64,000 bases of DNA, from NCBI GenBank assembly GCA_044221725.1, contig JBGAON010000002.1, positions 448,001 through 512,000 on the forward strand, given 5' to 3'. A program made the translations under genes and the position numbers. Under the pieces are notes generated by a model. It saw only the letters and a program-made list of their open reading frames with translations, was not told the origin of the DNA and ran no database searches. Shown here one piece after another: positions 58,995 through 64,000 of this stretch (position 1 is its first letter; each line of letters opens with the position of its first letter). Source of the DNA: Elusimicrobiota bacterium (GTDB lineage: Bacteria > Elusimicrobiota > Elusimicrobia > F11).

Positions 58995-59462
58995 ATGAGG
59001 AAAATGCTTAAAACAAAAGGGTTCACGCTCATCGAACTTATGATCGTTGTCGCTATCATAGGTATTCTGGCCGCTGTGGCCATTCCTAAGTTCGCTGATC
59101 TCGTGACCAAATCCAAAGAAGCGTCCGTAAAGGGAAACCTAGGGTCTGTACGTAGTGCCGTTAGCATCTACTACGGCGACCTTGAAGGTCAATATCCGGC
59201 GAATCTTGCCGACGGCCTTGGAACGGGTGGCCGATATATGCCGCTTGTGAACGGTGTCGCCAGTCTTGGGACGATGGAAATTCCAAAAACGAGCGTGGGG
59301 GCCCCGGGCCATCCTTGGGGGAACGTTATTAACACCGAGGTCAGAGCAGCCGGAGCAGGTTCAATTGACACATCTGCGTTTCTATACAACTCGAATGATG
59401 GTAACGTTATGGTTGACTGTAGTCATCTCGATACCCGCAGCAGTCCTTGGTCCTCGTATTAA
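58995..59462 (+). CDS. pilA: Type IVa prepilin, probable major pilin
   Basis: Leader [40 protein letters not shown]; own promoter and terminator. ATG 59004 is an alternative start. Confidence 0.9.
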   Translation: MRKMLKTKGFTLIELMIVVAIIGILAAVAIPKFADLVTKSKEASVKGNLGSVRSAVSIYYGDLEGQYPANLADGLGTGGRYMPLVNGVASLGTMEIPKTSVGAPGHPWGNVINTEVRAAGAGSIDTSAFLYNSNDGNVMVDCSHLDTRSSPWSSY

Positions 59463-59489
59463 GGTTACAAGCTATTAAGAATCAAAATG

Positions 59490-59526
59490 AGAGGCACCCT
59501 TCAGAAGAAGGGTGCCTCTTTTTTTT
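59490..59526 (+). terminator. Intrinsic terminator after pilin
   Basis: 13-bp stem AGAGGCACCCTTC / GAAGGGTGCCTCT, AGAA loop, T run to 59526. Confidence 0.9.
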
Positions 59527-60342
59527 ACATTGATTTATTTCATTCTGTTTCTGTTCGGGCTGGAGTTCGGCAGCTTCGCGAACGTTTGTATTTATCGCTG
59601 GCCTTTAAACATGTCGATTGCTTATCCCATTCGTTCCTATTGTCCTTGGTGCACAAGCCAAATTTCCTGGTACCACAACATTCCTGTTGTTAGCTATATT
59701 TTTCTTAAAGGTCATTGCGCAAAATGCGGGTCCACAATCGCGATGCGGTATCCAATCATCGAACTGTTAACGAGCGCGTTATGGACGGCGTTTGGATTTG
59801 TTGTCGTGAAATCTGGCCAGACCTTTCCGATTCCCTTTTTAGCCTCTCTACTCGCAACCCTATTCATTATTGTTGTAACGACGGCCACAGATATTGACTG
59901 GAAAATAATTCCCAACGAAGCAACGTTTTTTCTTTTGGTAATCGGAATCTTGTTTGCTCCATGGAATACGTTTCTTGGTGGAGACGCAATTTTTACGCGG
60001 ATCATTCACGCCGTGGCGGGCGCGGCGGCCGCGTCAATTCCTATGTGGGGAGTTTCCATCATCGGAAAAAAAATTCTTGGTCGGGATGCGTTTGGTGGCG
60101 GTGACATCAAGTTGCTTGCGTCGTTTGGAAGCATTCTCGGTTGGCAAAGTGTTCTCGGTGTCTTGTTATTCGCTGCCATCCTCGGTGGCCTTATCGCGAT
60201 CATCGGATTGCTCTCGCATCTTTTAAAGCGCAGAGAGTATATTCCGTTTGGCCCGTTTCTAAACATTGCGTGCACCGCCGAAATATTTTTTCGCTGTTCC
60301 GGGCATTCCCTCGTCGATATTGGAAGAGTTTTTTTCTTATGA
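59512..60342 (+). CDS. pilD: Prepilin peptidase/N-methyltransferase
   Basis: GSFANVCIYRWP, CPWC and CAKC, catalytic Asp in TDIDWKIIP and GGGDIKL, IPFGPFL. Start GTG 59512 or TTG 59530. Confidence 0.92.
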   Translation: MPLFFTLIYFILFLFGLEFGSFANVCIYRWPLNMSIAYPIRSYCPWCTSQISWYHNIPVVSYIFLKGHCAKCGSTIAMRYPIIELLTSALWTAFGFVVVKSGQTFPIPFLASLLATLFIIVVTTATDIDWKIIPNEATFFLLVIGILFAPWNTFLGGDAIFTRIIHAVAGAAAASIPMWGVSIIGKKILGRDAFGGGDIKLLASFGSILGWQSVLGVLLFAAILGGLIAIIGLLSHLLKRREYIPFGPFLNIACTAEIFFRCSGHSLVDIGRVFFL

Positions 60343-60365
60343 AAAGACAAAAAAAAGAAAATCCC

Positions 60366-60394
60366 TTGACATTAAATGGGTGTGAAAATAGACT
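60366..60394 (+). promoter_or_regulatory. Sigma70 promoter of pilMNOPQ with upstream A-tract
   Basis: TTGACA (60366-60371), 17 nt, TAGACT (60389-60394); A-rich UP-like tract at 60342-60361. Confidence 0.72.
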
Positions 60395-60436
60395 TCCTAG
60401 TGAAATAACGCATCGATTTCTTGCAGAAAAAAACGA

Positions 60437-61555
60437 ATGAAACTCGATATCAAGAACCTAAAATTGCCATCGCTTTCTTTCTTGCGTTCGAAAGATACGC
60501 TCGGAATCGATTTGGGTTCCACCTCGCTAAAGATCGTTCAGATATCCGACCGCCGACTTGTTCGCTGGGCTTACAAAGAGTTGGATTTAAAAGATGCGGG
60601 CCCCGATACACAAGCCGCCGACCGAATGGCCACGCTAACACAAATGCTGCAAACGTTTTTTTCTGAAGAACGAAAAGCGCCGAAGGTCGGCGCCATCTCC
60701 GTCAGTGGCAATTCTGTTATCGTTAGATACGTGAAACTTCCGAAGCTCACCCGAGCCGAACTCGAAAAAACAATTCAGTTTGAAGCAGAGCCCTATATCC
60801 CATTTGCAATTCCAGAGGTAAACATGGGTTTTCACATTCTTGGCGATGTCGTCGAAGATGGCCAACCCAAAATGGAAACGGTTCTCGTGGCCGCGAAAAA
60901 GGAACTTATCGACCAGCGTTTAAACGTTTTAACTTCTGTCGGAGTGCGCCCGGTCATCGTGGATGTGGATGCGTTCGCCATGGAAAGCGCTTACGCCCTG
61001 AGTCAGGGAGGAATGCAATCCCAGGAAACAGCGTTGTTAATCAACATTGGCGCGAACGTGACCACCATGATTATCATGGAAAATGGGCTTTCGCGGGTTG
61101 TTCGAGACGTCTTCATCGCGGGCAATACGATAAACAAATCATTACAAAGAATTTTTGATTGTTCCTTCGAAGAAGCTGAGAAACTAAAACGCAAAGGACA
61201 AATTCTCGTCACGCCAGATGAAAAAGAAGCCACCTTGGCCCAAGATGACCAGGATTCGCTGCAAATCTCAAACACGATCGTCACGGTGATGAAGGATCTC
61301 GTCTCGGAGATTCAGCGATCCCTCGATTTTTTCTTGTCCCAAAATCCTGATCGCCAAGTGAACCGTATCATGCTCTGCGGCGGCTCCTGTGCGATCAATG
61401 GCCTGGACCGGTATTTTTCCCAGGAATTGCGATTAAATGTCGAGCTTTTTGATCCGTTCGCGAGTCTCGTTGGATCGAACCTTCCGGATCCCAGTCTCAG
61501 GCCGGCATTTGCGATCGCGGTTGGACTCGCTTCACGAACAGAGGGTGACATTTGA
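60437..61555 (+). CDS. pilM: Type IV pilus assembly protein PilM
   Basis: LGIDLGSTSLK, EAEPYIPF, VDVDAFA, INIGA, EIQRSLDFF, LCGG. Confidence 0.93.
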   Translation: MKLDIKNLKLPSLSFLRSKDTLGIDLGSTSLKIVQISDRRLVRWAYKELDLKDAGPDTQAADRMATLTQMLQTFFSEERKAPKVGAISVSGNSVIVRYVKLPKLTRAELEKTIQFEAEPYIPFAIPEVNMGFHILGDVVEDGQPKMETVLVAAKKELIDQRLNVLTSVGVRPVIVDVDAFAMESAYALSQGGMQSQETALLINIGANVTTMIIMENGLSRVVRDVFIAGNTINKSLQRIFDCSFEEAEKLKRKGQILVTPDEKEATLAQDDQDSLQISNTIVTVMKDLVSEIQRSLDFFLSQNPDRQVNRIMLCGGSCAINGLDRYFSQELRLNVELFDPFASLVGSNLPDPSLRPAFAIAVGLASRTEGDI

Positions 61556-62136
61556 TCCTTATTAATTTATTACCACCGGAGTACGCGGCTGCCCAACAAA
61601 AAAAGGAACAACAGGTGGTTTTGGGATCGGTTTGCGGACTCGTTGTTTGCTTTTTACTTTTATTCTGGTTTGTAGAAGCGCGGAAAGCGGCAAGACTTGA
61701 GACCCAGATCACCGAGGCAGAAGCGGAACTCCGGAAGTACCAAGCGATTATTTCACAGATCGAGTCGATTGAAACCAACAAAAAACAGCTGACAGCCAAA
61801 CGCGATGTGATCCGAAATCTTAACCGCAGTCGTTTAATCTATCCGGTATTTTTTGAAGATCTGCTTCCGATTATTCCCTCTGACGTCTGGGTCACAAACG
61901 TTCAAATAAACGACCAGTCCGGTTCCATGAGGGTCTCGATGAATTCAAATGCGTTGTCCAACTTTGCGTTGGCGACGTGGCTCACCAATCTTCAACAGTC
62001 GACACACTTCAAGGACGTTGAATTGACCTCACCAATCTCCTATACGACTGCCGACAATGGCAGCCAGACATTGAGTTTTTCAATCTCCTGCGCGTACCAA
62101 CACCAGGGGCCCTTCCCGCTTCAGGAGTTCAACTAA
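61552..62136 (+). CDS. pilN: Type IV pilus assembly protein PilN
   Basis: INLLP motif, TM segment, coiled coil, IPSDVWV. Confidence 0.9.
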   Translation: MILINLLPPEYAAAQQKKEQQVVLGSVCGLVVCFLLLFWFVEARKAARLETQITEAEAELRKYQAIISQIESIETNKKQLTAKRDVIRNLNRSRLIYPVFFEDLLPIIPSDVWVTNVQINDQSGSMRVSMNSNALSNFALATWLTNLQQSTHFKDVELTSPISYTTADNGSQTLSFSISCAYQHQGPFPLQEFN

Positions 62137-62699
62137 TGGGAAAGCTTTCTAAACAACAGCAACAAATGATCGTGGCCGGTCTTTTGTTTCTCGTGGGTGG
62201 CGGATACATTTATTGGAATTACATGCTGAAACCCACTCTTGAAAATATTCGGACTCGCGAAGCAAAATATCAGGACTTGCTTGCAAAAATAGATTCGGCC
62301 GAGCGACAGGCGCGACGGTTGCCAGCGCTTCAAAATGAATTGGCCAGCCTCCAATTGGAATTGGCTTCGCTCGAGAAACAGCTCCCGAAGGACAAAGATC
62401 TTCCAAATATCATCCGTACGCTTACCCGAGAAGCCATTCAAGAGAATTTGCAATTCGTTCAACTCGATCCTCAAAAGCCATCCAAGCAGCAATATTTTGA
62501 GATTCTTCCGTTCAACGTTAAATTTTCGGGTACGCTTCACGCGCTCGCGAGGTTTTTGGCTTCTCTCGGGCAGCAAGACCGAATTTTCCAAGCTCAAAAT
62601 GTAATGCTGGTTCCGGGGGGGAACCAATCGGACTCTTCTCAAGGAATCGTTTCTTTGAGTATCTCATTAACCATTCAAACGTATGCGTATGCTGGATAA
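62136..62699 (+). CDS. pilO: Type IV pilus assembly protein PilO
   Basis: TM segment, coiled coil, QLPKDKDLP, GTLHALARFL..L...RI. Confidence 0.9.
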   Translation: MGKLSKQQQQMIVAGLLFLVGGGYIYWNYMLKPTLENIRTREAKYQDLLAKIDSAERQARRLPALQNELASLQLELASLEKQLPKDKDLPNIIRTLTREAIQENLQFVQLDPQKPSKQQYFEILPFNVKFSGTLHALARFLASLGQQDRIFQAQNVMLVPGGNQSDSSQGIVSLSISLTIQTYAYAG

Positions 62700-63168
62700 A
62701 AAACGAACCGTTCTGCTCTTATTAATCGCGACGAGCATCATCGGCTGCGGCAAGAAAGCAAAGGTTGCTCAGGCACCGACTCCCGCGTCAACGCCCATTC
62801 CGACGCCCACTCCTGTATCTCAAGAATTGAAAGAGAAGCCCGTGTACGTTTATTCTGGAGACCGGTTCAGAGATCCGTTTATGCCGGCGGGGCAATCCGC
62901 GAACTACCAGCCAGATGCTGTTTTCGATCCGCAACGCGCTTCTGTCAAAGGAATTATTTTTGGAACCGACTATAAATCGGCGGTTCTTATGGTTGGAGGC
63001 ACCGGAAGCTACTTTGTGAAATCCGGAAAGATTTTCGACATCATGGGAAAAACAGTGGAAGGATATTCGGCGAAAATTTTCGTTGATAAAGTTGTTTTGC
63101 TCGGCGAAGCCGACAACGTGTTTGAACTGAAAATAAAGAACACCGATGAGGAGGCAAAAGCATTATGA
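62689..63168 (+). CDS. pilP: PilP-like lipoprotein
   Basis: Lipobox IIGC, Pro/Thr linker, RDPF motif, GII..SAV; between pilO and pilQ. ATG 62683 is an alternative start. Confidence 0.8.
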   Translation: MLDKKRTVLLLLIATSIIGCGKKAKVAQAPTPASTPIPTPTPVSQELKEKPVYVYSGDRFRDPFMPAGQSANYQPDAVFDPQRASVKGIIFGTDYKSAVLMVGGTGSYFVKSGKIFDIMGKTVEGYSAKIFVDKVVLLGEADNVFELKIKNTDEEAKAL

Positions 63169-64000
63169 AGATTTATCAAAAACCTTTCCTCGCGATATTT
63201 TTGATATCGCAAATCGTCCTTGCAAATTTGCAAGGCGATCCGTCCTCCGGAGTTCCCGCGCTCACGAGCCTAAAGGCCGAGGGCGACAAGGTCACGATTA
63301 GCTTGAGTCAACTGATGCCCTATGACGTGTTCACGCTTACGTCTCCGCAACGTCTCGTGGTGGAAATCCCTGGAGTCCTTTACAAGGCAGGCATTAGCAA
63401 GAAGAACGTGGAAGGGGGGCTGGTGCGTCGCATCCGAGGCTATCAATTTAAGGAAAATCCTCTTATTTCGCGCGTCGTGATCGATCTCTCCTATCCCGTC
63501 GACTACAAAACCACCGCGGAAAACAACGAGATCGTTCTCTCGATGACGAAAAATGCGAACGCGGTTAACGACGATTCGGAGAAGAAACCCCTCTCTGCCA
63601 AAGGCGAACGCACGCGCAAGCAGCGCGATCTGTTGGCCAGCCTTCCCAAAGAAGAAGTGACACTCGATTTTGAAGGGGCCGATATTCGCGACGTGATTCG
63701 TCTGATGGCGGAAACAAGCAACATTAATATTATTTTCGGTTCCGAAGTCGCCGGAACAATCGCGGTTCACCTGAAGAAGGTTCCGTTTGATGAAGCGTTT
63801 AGTACGATCATGAATCTTAAAGGACTGGTTCCGACTCAGCTCGGAGCAAATATTTTGCGCGTGACGACGCCGGATATCCTTCAGAAGGAACGTCAGAAAG
63901 CCGTCATGTTTACGAAAACCATTCCAATCAATTATTTAAAAGCAGATGACATGATGAAGCACATCCAAGCCGTCATGACATCAGCGGGTCGAAAAGGAAC
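63165..64000 (+). CDS. pilQ: Type IV pilus secretin PilQ (3'-truncated by window; absent from ORF track)
   Basis: Manual translation from ATG 63165 (SD GAGGAGG, ATGA overlap): signal peptide, AMIN domain (YDVFTLTSPQRLVVEI), secretin N0 (VTLDFEGADIRDVIRLMAE...VPFDEA). Confidence 0.9.
   Translation, partial: MKIYQKPFLAIFLISQIVLANLQGDPSSGVPALTSLKAEGDKVTISLSQLMPYDVFTLTSPQRLVVEIPGVLYKAGISKKNVEGGLVRRIRGYQFKENPLISRVVIDLSYPVDYKTTAENNEIVLSMTKNANAVNDDSEKKPLSAKGERTRKQRDLLASLPKEEVTLDFEGADIRDVIRLMAETSNINIIFGSEVAGTIAVHLKKVPFDEAFSTIMNLKGLVPTQLGANILRVTTPDILQKERQKAVMFTKTIPINYLKADDMMKHIQAVMTSAGRKG

Noticed and set aside
59022..59462. Electrically conductive (e-pilin) candidate
   Set aside because: Has F1, F24, Y50, Y51 and Y58 but no aromatics at 27 or 32; 11 F/Y/W in 146 residues with long aromatic-free gaps.
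1..64000. CRISPR arrays, tRNA/rRNA, IS/integrase, prophage or defence genes
   Set aside because: No repeat-spacer arrays, cloverleafs or transposase/integrase motifs seen; intergenic gaps are short (longest about 210 nt).

Overview
Gene-dense chromosomal segment of a diderm (LPS-making) bacterium, with all but two genes on the + strand. Gene content and the pilin style suggest Elusimicrobiota or a similar lineage (inference only). Order: partial membrane protein, divergent PilT/PilU ATPase (-), TrmH methylase, pteridine-reductase-like SDR, PilZ protein, exported hypothetical, beta-hydroxyacid dehydrogenase, ExbB/ExbD/TonB-like motor, GT9 heptosyltransferase, degenerate stand-alone GGDEF (-), 60-aa ORF, a large secreted NHL/FN3/transglutaminase-like/TPR protein with a small secreted partner, metH, secA, lnt, prfB (+1 programmed frameshift), orphan receiver, lysS, lolE/lolD, ilvE, mcsA-mcsB-clpC, tamB-like, bamA, skp, lpxD-lpxC-fabZ-lpxA-lpxI-(gnnA-like)-lpxB-msbA, thiS-thiG, PorV-like barrel, recG, coaD, divergent pta, and a type IVa pilus locus (pilB-pilT-pilC-GT-C membrane transferase-pilin-pilD-pilMNOP-pilQ partial). 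No rRNA, tRNA, CRISPR array or mobile element was seen. Best leads: the 8.3-13.3 kb GGDEF / sORF / secreted Cys-protease module, a candidate pilin-modifying GT-C enzyme, a recurrent leaderless-promoter architecture, terminators overlapping downstream starts, and a heptamer-repeat hairpin between lysS and lolE. All family assignments come from motif recognition by eye; no searches were run.
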